Source: Candidatus Woesearchaeota archaeon (GTDB lineage Archaea > Nanobdellota > Nanobdellia > SCGC-AAA011-G17 > PNOQ01). From it: a stretch of DNA of 47,034 nucleotides. The stretch spans positions 1 through 47,034 of the forward strand of contig CAZTYO010000003.1 in NCBI GenBank assembly GCA_964617925.1, read 5' to 3'. Below the pieces are notes generated by a model that was not told the DNA's origin, did no database searches, and saw only the letters and a program-made list of their open reading frames with translations. Shown here piece after piece: positions 1 to 9,798 of the stretch. The stretch's first letter is position 1; every line of letters begins with the position of its first letter. The position numbers were made by a program, and so were the translations under genes.

Positions 1-697
1 CAGAATAGTCATTAATTTTTTCATATTTTTTCTCTTGATCTTTCAAAATGAATAACTGGGCTTCAGCCTGAGTAAACTCTCTGGTTCTAAATACACTTTG
101 TCTTGGACTAATCTCATTTCTATATACTTTGCCAATCTGGAAAACACCAAATGGCAATTTAGTTCTAAAGAATCTAAAATATTCTGGGTAAAGTAAATAA
201 GTAGTAGTTGCAGTTTCTGGTCTCAAATAAGCCTCCTGATCGACACCAATTTTTGTTTTCATCATAAGATCAAAATTTTCAATAGTTCCGAAATCTCCCC
301 CGCAAGGGCATTTAATTTTTTTCTTATCTAAAATTTCTTTTAATTTTTCATTATTTAAACCTTCTACATCCAAATTTGGGTATTTTTCATTGATGGTATT
401 ATCTACTCTAAAATAAGAATCGCATTTCAAACATTTAGAGATTGGATCACTAAATCCCTCTAGATGTCCAGAAGCTTCCCAGACTTTTTTAGGCATTATG
501 GTTGGACATTCAACTTCCCAGAATCCAAAACCAGTAAAACCTTGTCTCAAAACATTTTCAACTTTATTTTTTAATAATTTACCTAATGGTCCCCAATCAT
601 AAAATCCCTTCAAACCACCATTGTAAATATTTGGACTAGGTCCCCAAACAAAACCTCTTCTTTTGGCTAAGTCCATTACTTTATCTTCAAATTTCAT
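1..697 (-). CDS. glyS: Glycyl-tRNA synthetase (alpha2, archaeal/eukaryotic type), N-terminal part; runs off the window edge
   Basis: Not in the ORF track. Manual translation from ATG at 697 gives MKFEDKVMDLAKRRGFVWGPSPNIYNGGLKGFYDWGPLGK...ASGHLEGFSDP...YLRPETATTTY...YRNEISPRQSVFRTREFTQAE, which are class II GlyRS motifs. Confidence 0.95.
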   Translation of the reverse strand, partial: MKFEDKVMDLAKRRGFVWGPSPNIYNGGLKGFYDWGPLGKLLKNKVENVLRQGFTGFGFWEVECPTIMPKKVWEASGHLEGFSDPISKCLKCDSYFRVDNTINEKYPNLDVEGLNNEKLKEILDKKKIKCPCGGDFGTIENFDLMMKTKIGVDQEAYLRPETATTTYLLYPEYFRFFRTKLPFGVFQIGKVYRNEISPRQSVFRTREFTQAEAQLFILKDQEKKYEKINDYS

Positions 698-734
698 ACA
701 GTTTTAGAAATCTATGTATTTTTATAAGTTTTGA

Positions 735-1352
735 TTATAAAACATCCCTTAAGGAAATAATCCCATTTTCTTCAAGTCTTGGACAAGCAGTATTAACCCA
801 ATATTTAATATCTGAAAAATCTTCAAGTTTAGAAACATCAATTAAATTGTCTAAGAATAAATAAACTTCTTTATTACTCTTTTTAGCAAATTCCATAGCG
901 CCCTTTAAATTTTCTTGACCTGGTTTTGTAGTAACAATAATTCCAATTCGTTTAGTTGAATGAAATTTAGCAATTTTGGTCAGTTTTTTCTTTTGTAATT
1001 TGATTATATCTTCTTTTTTAATCTTACTAAAATTTCCATAAATTGGGTTAAATTGATAATATTTTTCAACACTTGTTTTATCTAATAACTCTAGTGGATG
1101 AAACATTCCACTGCCAACAAAAAGGTATGCATCAACTTTCAAAGAAAGAGCCTTACTAACATTGCATCCAACAACTTGTCCAGCTATTTGAACTTCATGG
1201 CCCCTTGAAGAAAGATATTCTCTCATCTGTTTCAATAAATGAACAGTTTGGATAGTTCCAACAATTCCAATTCTTTTCTCTTTAATTTTTATAGGGCTGA
1301 TATCATCTAAAGAATTAATTTTGTATTTAGCATCTATAAATATTGTTTTCAT
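735..1352 (-). CDS. dph2: Diphthamide biosynthesis protein Dph2-like (short form)
   Basis: GQVVGC, GSGMFHP, KPGQ and NTACPRL motifs of the Dph1/Dph2 family. Confidence 0.88.
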   Translation of the reverse strand: MKTIFIDAKYKINSLDDISPIKIKEKRIGIVGTIQTVHLLKQMREYLSSRGHEVQIAGQVVGCNVSKALSLKVDAYLFVGSGMFHPLELLDKTSVEKYYQFNPIYGNFSKIKKEDIIKLQKKKLTKIAKFHSTKRIGIIVTTKPGQENLKGAMEFAKKSNKEVYLFLDNLIDVSKLEDFSDIKYWVNTACPRLEENGIISLRDVL

Positions 1353-1870
1353 TTTTTAAGTTTAGTAATCACTGCTTTATCAGATATAATTGCAGAATTA
1401 CCTCTCGGATCTTCAACAATAATTTTGAATGGCAAATCTCCTTCTTTGGCTTTCCACATTCTTTTCAATAAATTCTTTGCAGATTTTCTAATTGATTTAT
1501 CCTCGCTAAGGTCTCTTTGTTCTTGAACTATTTTTTCAAATCGGTTAAGAACTCCTTCAATATTACTTATGTACCCTTCGGAATCAGAACCGGGTTCAAC
1601 ACTAAGTCTAAATGTTGGTATTTTAAGAGTAGCACTAGCAGATTTAACTATTTTAACATTTAAATCTTCTATTGATTCAACTTCGAAAGTATATTTTGCT
1701 GGTTCTTTAGCTTCTATTGGTTCAATATCTGATTTATTATACTTACAACTATCACAATGCATTGAAAATAAAAATGCCTCTCCAAAATTAGGAATATCAT
1801 ATTCATTTTGACTAAGTGTCAAAGTATTCTTTCCACAAATTGGACATGGTTGTTTTTTTAATTCTGCCAT
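1349..1870 (-). CDS. ZPR1 zinc-finger protein
   Basis: CPIC...IPNFGE...CDSC and SNIEGVL...EDPRGNSAI motifs. The start is moved to MAELKK (1870) because a TATA box lies about 25 nt upstream. Confidence 0.92.
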   Translation of the reverse strand: MAELKKQPCPICGKNTLTLSQNEYDIPNFGEAFLFSMHCDSCKYNKSDIEPIEAKEPAKYTFEVESIEDLNVKIVKSASATLKIPTFRLSVEPGSDSEGYISNIEGVLNRFEKIVQEQRDLSEDKSIRKSAKNLLKRMWKAKEGDLPFKIIVEDPRGNSAIISDKAVITKLKK

Positions 1871-1951
1871 ACAAAAAATATTTTGAAATGTGTTTATAAA
1901 TTTATCTAAGTTCAAGAATTATAATAAATATAAAATAAAAAAAGAAGAGAG

Positions 1952-2353
1952 TTACTCTTCATCTATAGTATCGATTTGTTTGTTTTCTCTATGAACGCTT
2001 GCAAATCCTGGCGTTACTACAATCCAGTCTTCCCCAAACCCTGCGATATCTCCATCAATAGCATCACAAGTTTTCTTTAACTTATTCACAGCTCTTTTTA
2101 ACTCAACAACATCTTTACTTTTTAAGGGCCTTATATTGATCAAAGCAATAGTGTAACCTTCTCTCAAGGAATCAAGTGCAGGTTTTATGTCTGCAAAGTC
2201 TTCAACTACGAAAGGCCTAACAATTATTTTTGCTTTTGGCGTATCTGCTGCAGAATCTAATTCAACATAATCTTCAGCAAATTCTTCAAGAAAATCACTA
2301 CCTTCTAAATCAACATTAAACTTATCTTTAAATTTTGACAAAAATTTTACCAT
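1952..2353 (-). CDS. sepF: Cell division protein SepF
   Basis: N-terminal amphipathic helix, then IALINIRPL...GDIAGFGEDWIVVTP, typical of archaeal SepF. Confidence 0.9.
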   Translation of the reverse strand: MVKFLSKFKDKFNVDLEGSDFLEEFAEDYVELDSAADTPKAKIIVRPFVVEDFADIKPALDSLREGYTIALINIRPLKSKDVVELKRAVNKLKKTCDAIDGDIAGFGEDWIVVTPGFASVHRENKQIDTIDEE

Positions 2354-2405
2354 TTTATGTGCTCCTTTAGAGTGAGTAATGTGAGAATATATATAAAGAT
2401 TTCTA

Positions 2406-2654
2406 TTATTTAATGCACTCTAATTCACTAGTTATAGACCATAAGGCAGTTTTAATATCTGAAGGAGTATCTGCATCAAAAGAAACATCTTCAAGTTCTT
2501 GAAGGGATTTATTTATTTTTATTGCAACACTTGGATCATCACAAGATAGGGCATCACATGCAGATTTAATTTTAATCTTCATATTCTTTGGAACTGATTC
2601 TTCTTGAGATAATGAATCTAATCTTTCAATTATCTCTGCCATGCATTCATTCAT
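2406..2654 (-). CDS. UPF0147 family protein
   Basis: SVPKN...SLQELEDVS.D...TALWSITSELE pattern. Confidence 0.8.
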   Translation of the reverse strand: MNECMAEIIERLDSLSQEESVPKNMKIKIKSACDALSCDDPSVAIKINKSLQELEDVSFDADTPSDIKTALWSITSELECIK

Positions 2655-2988
2655 TTTTTTGTTTACTCATCTGTTCTGTCAATTCTTCTCGAATTGAAGA
2701 ACTATCTTCAGCTATTTTTTTCTCTTCTGCTTCCAATTTTTTCAATCTTGATTCAAGAGAAATCTTTTTCTCTTCAAGATCTTTTGTTAAATCAGATTCA
2801 GAATAAGATAACATAATATTTCCAACAATTTTGTATGCAGTTTTTGCTCCTTTTAATTCTACTAGAGCATTTTCAACTTCAAGTAATTGACCTTGAAAAG
2901 TTTGTTTTTGCATAAGAACTGATTGCAATTTTTGTTCAAACATCTGAAGTTTAGTAATATTCATTTGTGTTTTTTTATTCATTTCCAT
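2647..2988 (-). CDS. pfdB: Prefoldin beta subunit
   Basis: Coiled coil / YKIVGNIML hairpin / coiled coil; conserved position after rpl37ae-rpo12. Confidence 0.92.
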   Translation of the reverse strand: MEMNKKTQMNITKLQMFEQKLQSVLMQKQTFQGQLLEVENALVELKGAKTAYKIVGNIMLSYSESDLTKDLEEKKISLESRLKKLEAEEKKIAEDSSSIREELTEQMSKQKNE

Positions 2989-2989
2989 T

Positions 2990-3127
2990 TTATTCCGCCT
3001 TAACCTTAGAATTAACTACTCTTGGTTTATATAAAATTCTTGATCCACAATAAGGGCATCTAACTCTTCTTTTAACATAATCTTCTTTGATAACTTTCGC
3101 ACAATTAAAACATTTGTAAACTACCAT
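2990..3127 (-). CDS. rpo12: DNA-directed RNA polymerase subunit P (Rpo12)
   Basis: Not in the ORF track. Translation: MVVYKCFNCAKVIKEDYVKRRVRCPYCGSRILYKPRVVNSKVKAE* (45 aa, two CxxC motifs, RILYKPR). Confidence 0.93.
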   Translation of the reverse strand: MVVYKCFNCAKVIKEDYVKRRVRCPYCGSRILYKPRVVNSKVKAE

Positions 3128-3129
3128 TT

Positions 3130-3351
3130 TTATTCGTTAAATGAAAAAGCCCTCCCTGCAAATTTAGTATCACATTTATGGCAATACCATATCCCTATTG
3201 AAACTTTTTTAACTTTTTTCTTATGACATAAAGGACATTCATAAGATTTTTTTGCTTTACTATCTATTTTAGACACTTTTTGCCTAATTTGACTACTATA
3301 TCTTGGACCAAATCTCTTTCCTGATCCGCCTTTCTTTTTTGTGTTTGCCAT
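3130..3351 (-). CDS. rpl37ae: 50S ribosomal protein L37Ae (eL43)
   Basis: RFGPRY...CPLC...GIWYCHKC...FAG. Start corrected to MANTKK because the longer ORF overlaps tRNA-Pro. Confidence 0.95.
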   Translation of the reverse strand: MANTKKKGGSGKRFGPRYSSQIRQKVSKIDSKAKKSYECPLCHKKKVKKVSIGIWYCHKCDTKFAGRAFSFNE

Positions 3352-3366
3352 TTTTTTATTATAGAG

Positions 3367-3441
3367 TGGGACTACCCGGATTTGAACCGGGATCACTGGC
3401 TCCCAAAGCCAGAAGGCTAATCCAAATTACCCCATAGTCCC
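3367..3441 (-). tRNA. tRNA-Pro(TGG)
   Basis: Cloverleaf GGGACTA...CTGGC-TTTGGGA-GCCAG...GGTTCAAATCC...TAGTCCCA; CCA not encoded. Confidence 0.95.
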
Positions 3442-3494
3442 ATTGCTGATAAGGGTGGGGTTTCGTTATTTAAACCTTTTGTTTAAAAAAGAAG

Positions 3495-4181
3495 TTACTC
3501 TTTTTTCTTTTCTTCAGTATCTTTTTCTTCTTCTTTCTTGTCTGCTTCTGCTCCTTCTTCGTCTTTCTTCTCTTCTGCAGTAGCTTCTTCTTCCTCAGCT
3601 TTCTTTTTTAGTTTAGCTGTTTCTTTTTCTAATGCAGCCTTAACTTCATTTAATTGTAATTTTAACAATGCTTTTTTTTCATCACTAAATTCAGTAGTTT
3701 CTGATTTAATAACTTCATCAAAATCTCCATTATCTATTTTTAGTTCAATATCTTGAGGGCTTTTTCCTTCAACAAGAACTCCCATTGGAACACAACTACC
3801 TACAACTGTCTTAACTCCTGCTTTCAAGGAATTAACAAGTAATGAATCGCTTTTCATTTCAGCTATTTTAATCACTTGTTCAATTGCCAAGTTTCCAACT
3901 TTATTATATACTGAATTATCTGAACCCTTTTGAATTACAAGTTCTTTTTTTATTAATTCAGACACAGGAGGTGTACCTATTTCTAATTCAAAATCTTTTG
4001 TTTCAGTATCCACAGATACAGTAACTGGAACTTTCATTCCTGCAAAATTTTTTGTCTTTTCATTTATTTTTTCCAATATTTCTTGAATATTAACTCCAAG
4101 GGGACCAAATGCTTGACCCATCTGCGGACCAGGATTTGCCTTTCCACCTTCAACCATAATATCTACTATTTCTTTACTCAT
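3495..4181 (-). CDS. rpl11: 50S ribosomal protein L11 (uL11) with Lys/Glu-rich C-terminal extension
   Basis: VEGGKANPGP...GPLGVN...GMKVPV...VVGSCVPMGV; GGAGGAG RBS before MSKE. Confidence 0.95.
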   Translation of the reverse strand: MSKEIVDIMVEGGKANPGPQMGQAFGPLGVNIQEILEKINEKTKNFAGMKVPVTVSVDTETKDFELEIGTPPVSELIKKELVIQKGSDNSVYNKVGNLAIEQVIKIAEMKSDSLLVNSLKAGVKTVVGSCVPMGVLVEGKSPQDIELKIDNGDFDEVIKSETTEFSDEKKALLKLQLNEVKAALEKETAKLKKKAEEEEATAEEKKDEEGAEADKKEEEKDTEEKKKE

Positions 4182-4659
4182 TTTCTCCTCCTTCTTCATC
4201 TTCTCTTCTAATAGTCTTTACTGAATCTAAATTAACTGTAATTGGAATTGGTATTGCAGCTTCAAGAAGTTCAACAATAATCTCTTCTTTTGTTTTATCA
4301 ATTCTATTAACTTTTGCTTGTTCGCCCTTAAAAGGTCCAGAAATTATTTCTACAATATCTCCAATCTTTATAGTAATTTGAGCTTTAGCTTGTTCTAACA
4401 TGTGTTCTATCTCTTTATAATCAATAGGTTTTCTTAGTAGGCCTTTAGCATAAGGAACACCCTGGTATGCTTCTTCAGCAACCTGATATGATTCTGCTTC
4501 AATGAATACATATCCCCTAAGTCCATGGGGCCTTATTAAACTATAAACATTAATTCCTTTTTTTTGAACATTAGCTGTAACAAAATCAAGAACTTGATCT
4601 TCTCTATTTGCAGTTGCTTTAAGCGCAAAAATTAAACTTGTTGTATTTTCTTCTTCCAT
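4174..4659 (-). CDS. spt5: Transcription elongation factor Spt5 (NusG)
   Basis: NGN domain (LRGYVFIE) plus KOW (GDIVEIISGPFKG); secE-spt5-rpl11 synteny. Confidence 0.96.
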   Translation of the reverse strand: MEEENTTSLIFALKATANREDQVLDFVTANVQKKGINVYSLIRPHGLRGYVFIEAESYQVAEEAYQGVPYAKGLLRKPIDYKEIEHMLEQAKAQITIKIGDIVEIISGPFKGEQAKVNRIDKTKEEIIVELLEAAIPIPITVNLDSVKTIRREDEEGGENE

Positions 4660-4660
4660 T

Positions 4661-4864
4661 TTAATCTACCAATTTCCATACGAAGTGAATAAGAAATCCA
4701 ATAGCTCCTATAACTAACATTCCGATTCCAGTCACTTTGACTACCATTTTGTATTCTTCATTAGATGGTTTTTTTGTAATTTTATATACTCTTTTAGATT
4801 GAAGAAAGAATCTCTTCATTCTAAGTAATGTACTTACTTTTCCAACGTTTTGTTCGGTTTCCAT
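4661..4864 (-). CDS. secE: Protein translocase SecE / Sec61 gamma
   Basis: RVYKITKKPSNEEY followed by a single TM helix. Confidence 0.93.
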   Translation of the reverse strand: METEQNVGKVSTLLRMKRFFLQSKRVYKITKKPSNEEYKMVVKVTGIGMLVIGAIGFLIHFVWKLVD

Positions 4865-4924
4865 TTTAGTTTGATTGATAATTAAGAATTAATTTTGAAG
4901 AAGTTCATGAGTTTTTAAAGGTTT

Positions 4925-5176
4925 CTATATCTTTCTTTGGTTAGAGTGGCCTATAATCATTACAAATATTGACATTAAGCTTAACAAATACATGAAATTA
5001 TTTGCATAATTTGGAAATTTTAATGGAGTAGTTTGATCTTCAAACATTTTAGAATTTTTAATTTTTGATAAAAAATTAAATTTTGGAGATTCTTCCACTT
5101 CTTGGACTGTTGCACCATTAATACTACCATTAAGAGTATATGAGAATACTCCAACCCATGAAAAAGTTAAAAGCAC
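4925..5176 (-). CDS. Hypothetical small membrane protein (2 TM); may start upstream at ATA 5221
   Basis: Hydrophobic N- and C-terminal segments; the frame stays open upstream of the GTG. Confidence 0.55.
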   Translation of the reverse strand: MLLTFSWVGVFSYTLNGSINGATVQEVEESPKFNFLSKIKNSKMFEDQTTPLKFPNYANNFMYLLSLMSIFVMIIGHSNQRKI

Positions 5177-5266
5177 AGTAAATAAAATAACAACTGGACT
5201 TATACTATTTTTCTTAACTATATTAAGAAAATAAAAAAAGAAGTATATAAAATTTTTGATAAAAAA

Positions 5267-6379
5267 TTAATCGATGAACTCGATTCCGAGTTCATTTTCA
5301 ATATCTTTTCGTTTTTTTGGATCATTATTGCTGCCATTTATTGGTCCAAAGATTTGAGGACTTCTAACTCCAGTAACAATCAACATAACGCTCAAAGTTT
5401 TTTCAAGGTCTTCTGAGTTTTGTGCTCCCCAGATGATTCTAGCATCTTCTTCATCAAGTTTATCAGCAACAGCTTCAACAACTTTTTTGCATTCATCAAG
5501 GGTTACATCTGTTCCTCCTCGAATATTGATAAGTGCACCATTTGCACCAGCTATATCCACATCAAGTAATGGGTTATTGATAGCTTTTTCAACAGCTTCA
5601 ATAGCTCTATTTTCGGTGTCTGATTCACCAACACCAATCATGGCAACTCCTCCTTTTCCCATAACAGTTCTAACATCAGCAAAATCAAGATTAACAAGTC
5701 CAGGTTTTGTAATTAATTCAGCAATTCCTTTAGCGGAATTAACTAAAATTTCATCTGAAACTTTAAATGCAGTTTGAAGAGGTAAATCTGGAGCTAACTC
5801 TAATAATTTGTCGTTTGGAATAACTATCAAAGTATCAACAATTTGTTCAAGTTTTTCCAAACCAAAAATAGCATTTTCATATCTCCTTTGTCCTTCCATT
5901 TCAAAAGGTAATGTTACGATTCCAACAGTAAGTACTCCTAATTTTTTAGCAATGTCTGCAATTACTGGTGCACTACCAGTACCAGTACCTCCACCAAGGC
6001 CACATGTAATGAATATCATATCTGCTCCTTTAAGCAGTTCTCTAATTTCTTGTTCACTTTCTTTTGCTGCTTCTTCTCCTACTTGAGGTATACTACCAGC
6101 ACCAAGGCCACCAGTTATATCTCTTCCAATTAATATTTTTTTATTTGCATTGGCATAAAGAAGATCTTGTGCATCTGTATTTATAGCAATAGATTCAGCA
6201 CCAGAGATACCCACCTCTGTTAATCTGTTTATAGTATTATTTCCGGCACCACCAGTACCAATAACTTTAATTTTAGCCTTTTGTTTAGTCAGTAAATCTT
6301 CTAATTCTTCATCAATACTGATAAATTTGTCGGCTCCCTTTTCACTTAATTCAACGTTTTGTCCAAATGATTCTTCCAA
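5267..6379 (-). CDS. ftsZ: Cell division protein FtsZ
   Basis: GGAGNN, NTD, GGGTGTG and NLDFADV tubulin/FtsZ signatures; TTG start with GAGGGG RBS. Confidence 0.98.
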   Translation of the reverse strand: MEESFGQNVELSEKGADKFISIDEELEDLLTKQKAKIKVIGTGGAGNNTINRLTEVGISGAESIAINTDAQDLLYANANKKILIGRDITGGLGAGSIPQVGEEAAKESEQEIRELLKGADMIFITCGLGGGTGTGSAPVIADIAKKLGVLTVGIVTLPFEMEGQRRYENAIFGLEKLEQIVDTLIVIPNDKLLELAPDLPLQTAFKVSDEILVNSAKGIAELITKPGLVNLDFADVRTVMGKGGVAMIGVGESDTENRAIEAVEKAINNPLLDVDIAGANGALINIRGGTDVTLDECKKVVEAVADKLDEEDARIIWGAQNSEDLEKTLSVMLIVTGVRSPQIFGPINGSNNDPKKRKDIENELGIEFID

Positions 6380-6451
6380 TGTATTCCCCTCTCACAGTTT
6401 ATTAAAAAGGGAAGTACACTTTCGCTTTTAAATTTAATTATTCTCCAGTGG

Positions 6452-7126
6452 TTATTTTTTATCTTCTTTTTTGGCACTAGAGAACTTAATAGCCTCGATA
6501 TCTGAAAATAATTCTTTTATTTTATTTTCAAAATGAGTCTTAAGAATATCTGGAATTTCTTTATCTGAGATAATTTCAAGAACTTTTTTATCAATTTTTG
6601 TCTCATAATCTTTTTCATCCATAAATAAGTTAAATGAAACTGCGCATTTTAGTTGTTCTTTCTTATCTGTGATTTTTTCAACCAATTTTATGTCATAAAT
6701 AATGTCCTTACCTGACAGGGGATGATTAAAATCAACAACAATTCTTCCAGAATTAATACTTCTAACTAACCCTACTGCTCCATCCATATTAATTTTTAAT
6801 CCTGGATATGGGTTAAGATTATGTTTTTTGAATTGTTTAACTGAAAATATTTTTATCAACTTTGGGTTTTTTGGTCCAAATGCAGATTCGAAATTTAATT
6901 CTATCGAATAATCCTTACCAATTTCTTTTCCAACTAATTCATTATCTAATCCTTTCAAAAGATTTCCTTCACCAATACAAATGGTAACTGGTCCATATTT
7001 TGCTTGAGGATTAAATATTCCCTCTTTCTTAGCTAATTTATCGTCAGTTAAATCAAATATTTGATTATTAGATTTAATTTTTCCAGTGTATTCGACTTTA
7101 ACAAAATCTTTTTTCTTGAGTTTCAT
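6452..7126 (-). CDS. slyD: FKBP-type peptidyl-prolyl isomerase (archaeal long SlyD-like)
   Basis: VEYTG...FD.T...VDFNHPLSGK. Confidence 0.93.
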   Translation of the reverse strand: MKLKKKDFVKVEYTGKIKSNNQIFDLTDDKLAKKEGIFNPQAKYGPVTICIGEGNLLKGLDNELVGKEIGKDYSIELNFESAFGPKNPKLIKIFSVKQFKKHNLNPYPGLKINMDGAVGLVRSINSGRIVVDFNHPLSGKDIIYDIKLVEKITDKKEQLKCAVSFNLFMDEKDYETKIDKKVLEIISDKEIPDILKTHFENKIKELFSDIEAIKFSSAKKEDKK

Positions 7127-7228
7127 TTTAAATTAGCTAATCAGCATTGTTTTTAAATTTTATCATTAAATAATATTGTTTCATAAAACAAAAATTTTAT
7201 AAATCTCGCTAGTCCTTCTTTCACAATA

Positions 7229-7618
7229 ATGGATAAGAAAGTTACAAATGTTGGTGCATTAAAAGTAGGAAATTATGTTATATTTAATGATATTGCATGT
7301 AGGATATCTTCAATAGATATTTCTAGAACTGGAAAACACGGTCATGCAAAAGCAAGAATTTCTGCCTCTGGGCTAGTTGACGGGAAAAAAATAATTAAAA
7401 TCTATCCAACTGGAGACAAAGTAGAAGTTCCAATCATAGAAAAAGAAAATGCTCAAGTATTATCGGTACAAGGAGACGTAGCAAATGTTATGGATCTTAA
7501 ATCCTACGAATCTTTTGATTTAAAAATTCCTGAAGAATTTAAAGATGAAATTGAAGAAGGAAAACAAATAATGTATTGGTTAATAATGGGTGAAAAAGTA
7601 ATAAAACAAGTGAAATAA
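7229..7618 (+). CDS. eif5a: Translation factor aIF5A (eIF5A)
   Basis: Hypusination motif SRTGKHGHAK. Confidence 0.97.
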   Translation: MDKKVTNVGALKVGNYVIFNDIACRISSIDISRTGKHGHAKARISASGLVDGKKIIKIYPTGDKVEVPIIEKENAQVLSVQGDVANVMDLKSYESFDLKIPEEFKDEIEEGKQIMYWLIMGEKVIKQVK

Positions 7619-7619
7619 A

Positions 7620-7784
7620 ATGGTAAAATTCGAAGAAGCAGCGGCAAGATTATTCAAGAACGTAATGATTTGTAAAAAATGTAAAACTAAGACAAAGGCA
7701 TCAATGCAAAAAGTTTTACTTAGGAAGATAATCTGTAAAAACTGCGGAAGTAAAAATTTTAGAACAAAAAGAAAGGGCAAGTAA
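7620..7784 (+). CDS. rpl40e: 50S ribosomal protein L40e
   Basis: Not in the ORF track. Translation: MVKFEEAAARLFKNVMICKKCK...ICKNCGSKNFRTKRKGK* (54 aa). Confidence 0.92.
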   Translation: MVKFEEAAARLFKNVMICKKCKTKTKASMQKVLLRKIICKNCGSKNFRTKRKGK

Positions 7785-7787
7785 AAG

Positions 7788-9014
7788 ATGAACTTTCTAG
7801 CAATCCTGTCATCAAATATCGATTATTTTTTATTAGTTATTTTTGGCATAATTCTTTTTTTTATACTTTATATGAATAAGAAGAAAGTAGAACTTCAAAA
7901 AATTCTATTTCCTTTATTATATATAATAATGTATAAAACAGAATGGGGCCTAAAAAAAATGGACTCTATTGCAAAAAGATTAAAAAAACATAGAGATAAA
8001 TTAACATATACTTCAATTTCAGTTGGATTTTTGGGTATGTTGGTCATAGTATATTCTTTTGGACTATCAGTTTACAAATATTTTTTTGTTGAGAAAACGC
8101 AGATGGTTGCTCCTCTTTTACCTGGCGCAGACGTTCCAGGTTTACCTCATTTATCATTTATACATTGGATAATAGCTATATTCGTGTTAGCAACTGTTCA
8201 CGAATTTGCACATGGAATTTTCGCAAGACTTTATGACATTAAAATAAAATCTTCAGGATTTGCAATTTTTGGATTAGTTCTTCCAATTATCCCTGCTGCA
8301 TTTGTAGAACCAGATGAAGAACAGATGGAGAAAAAATCAAAGAAGGCACAGCTGGCAGTTATGTCTGGTGGTGCATTTTCAAATTTCATATTTGCAGGAA
8401 TATTTTTCTTAATTTTAGCATTAATAATGGCTCCAATAACTGGTTTAATGACTGAAGAAAAAGGAGTCATAATTGCTGGAATAGACGAAGGTGGTCCAGC
8501 AGAAATAGCTGGAATGCAAGTCGGAGAAATTATCATTTCAATCAATGGAGACTCTGTAAAAACAACTGAAGAAATATTAACAAAATTAAACCAAACTGGC
8601 CCATATGAAAAAATCACACTTTCTACTGAAAACAATCCATATTCATTAACCTTGGCACAACATCCTCAAGGTGAAAACAAAGGATATATGGGTCTTTCAT
8701 TAGCTTTGAAGATAGGATTGAGTGAAAATATTTCAAATACTTTCGGAAGAATATTATTTAATATTTTCATGTGGTTTAGCATATTAATAAATTGGTTATT
8801 CATTACAAATTTAATGGTTGGATTGGTTAATCTTTTACCTATTGGTATAGTTGATGGAGGAAGGATGTTTTCAATCGCTTTATCCACTGTAATAAAAGAC
8901 GAGAAGAAATCTAAACTGATATTTAGCATAGTAAGCTTATTATTGCTTGCGGCATTATTATTTTTCTTAATTCCGGCATTGTTAAAATATTTCGCTGCAC
9001 CCTTTCTTAACTGA
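7788..9014 (+). CDS. Site-2 protease (peptidase M50) with PDZ domain
   Basis: HEFAH zinc motif, AFVEPDE, PDZ (GPAEIAGMQVGEII), NLLPIGIVDGG. Confidence 0.93.
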   Translation: MNFLAILSSNIDYFLLVIFGIILFFILYMNKKKVELQKILFPLLYIIMYKTEWGLKKMDSIAKRLKKHRDKLTYTSISVGFLGMLVIVYSFGLSVYKYFFVEKTQMVAPLLPGADVPGLPHLSFIHWIIAIFVLATVHEFAHGIFARLYDIKIKSSGFAIFGLVLPIIPAAFVEPDEEQMEKKSKKAQLAVMSGGAFSNFIFAGIFFLILALIMAPITGLMTEEKGVIIAGIDEGGPAEIAGMQVGEIIISINGDSVKTTEEILTKLNQTGPYEKITLSTENNPYSLTLAQHPQGENKGYMGLSLALKIGLSENISNTFGRILFNIFMWFSILINWLFITNLMVGLVNLLPIGIVDGGRMFSIALSTVIKDEKKSKLIFSIVSLLLLAALLFFLIPALLKYFAAPFLN

Positions 9015-9051
9015 ACAAAACTATTAAAAACAGAGTTTTCTTTCCAAATTT

Positions 9052-9798
9052 ATGTTAGTTGATGTACATGCACATATGGATCATAAGGATTTTGAAAAAG
9101 ATATAGACGAAGTCATAAAAAGGAGTGAGAAAGAAAATTTTGGGGCAATCATATCTAATGGAACAGATCCAAAAAGCAATAGGAGAGTTTTAGAATTATC
9201 AAAGAAACATGAATTAATTAAAGCAACTCTAGGGATTTATCCAATTGAAGCACTGGAACTATCCAATAAAGAAATAGATGAAGAAATAGAATTCATAAGA
9301 AACTCAAGGCCAATTGCAATTGGAGAAGTAGGCATAGATTATTATCATACAGATATAAAAGAAAAACAGAAAGAAACATTTAGAAAATTCATAAAATTAT
9401 CAAATGAATTAGATATACCGATAATAGTTCATTCAAGAAAAGCAGAAGAAGATGTAATTACAATTTTAGAAGAAGAGAAAGCAAAAAAAGTTCTGATGCA
9501 TTGTTTCAGTGGAAATAAAGAATTAACAAAAAGGGCAGAAAAGAATGGATATATGTTTTCAATTCCAACCTCAATTGTAAAAAATAAAACTTTCAAGAAA
9601 TTAATAAAAAGAGTAGAGTTATCTAGAATTCTTACAGAAACAGATGCACCTTTCTTATCTCCTTTTGAAGGAAAAAGAAATGAGCCAGTTTTTATAAAAG
9701 AGACAATAAAGAAAATTGCAAAATTAAAAGAGTTAAAAGAGGAAGAAGTAGAAAAAATAATATATAATAATTATGAGAGATTTTTTTTAAATGGATAA
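9052..9798 (+). CDS. tatD: TatD family nuclease/hydrolase
   Basis: DVHAH, GEVGID, HSR, HCF and ETDAP motifs. Confidence 0.95.
   Translation: MLVDVHAHMDHKDFEKDIDEVIKRSEKENFGAIISNGTDPKSNRRVLELSKKHELIKATLGIYPIEALELSNKEIDEEIEFIRNSRPIAIGEVGIDYYHTDIKEKQKETFRKFIKLSNELDIPIIVHSRKAEEDVITILEEEKAKKVLMHCFSGNKELTKRAEKNGYMFSIPTSIVKNKTFKKLIKRVELSRILTETDAPFLSPFEGKRNEPVFIKETIKKIAKLKELKEEEVEKIIYNNYERFFLNG

Noticed and set aside
6443-6451. CTCCAGTGG, resembling an ORB core
   Set aside because: Single partial copy at a gene end; compatible with chance.
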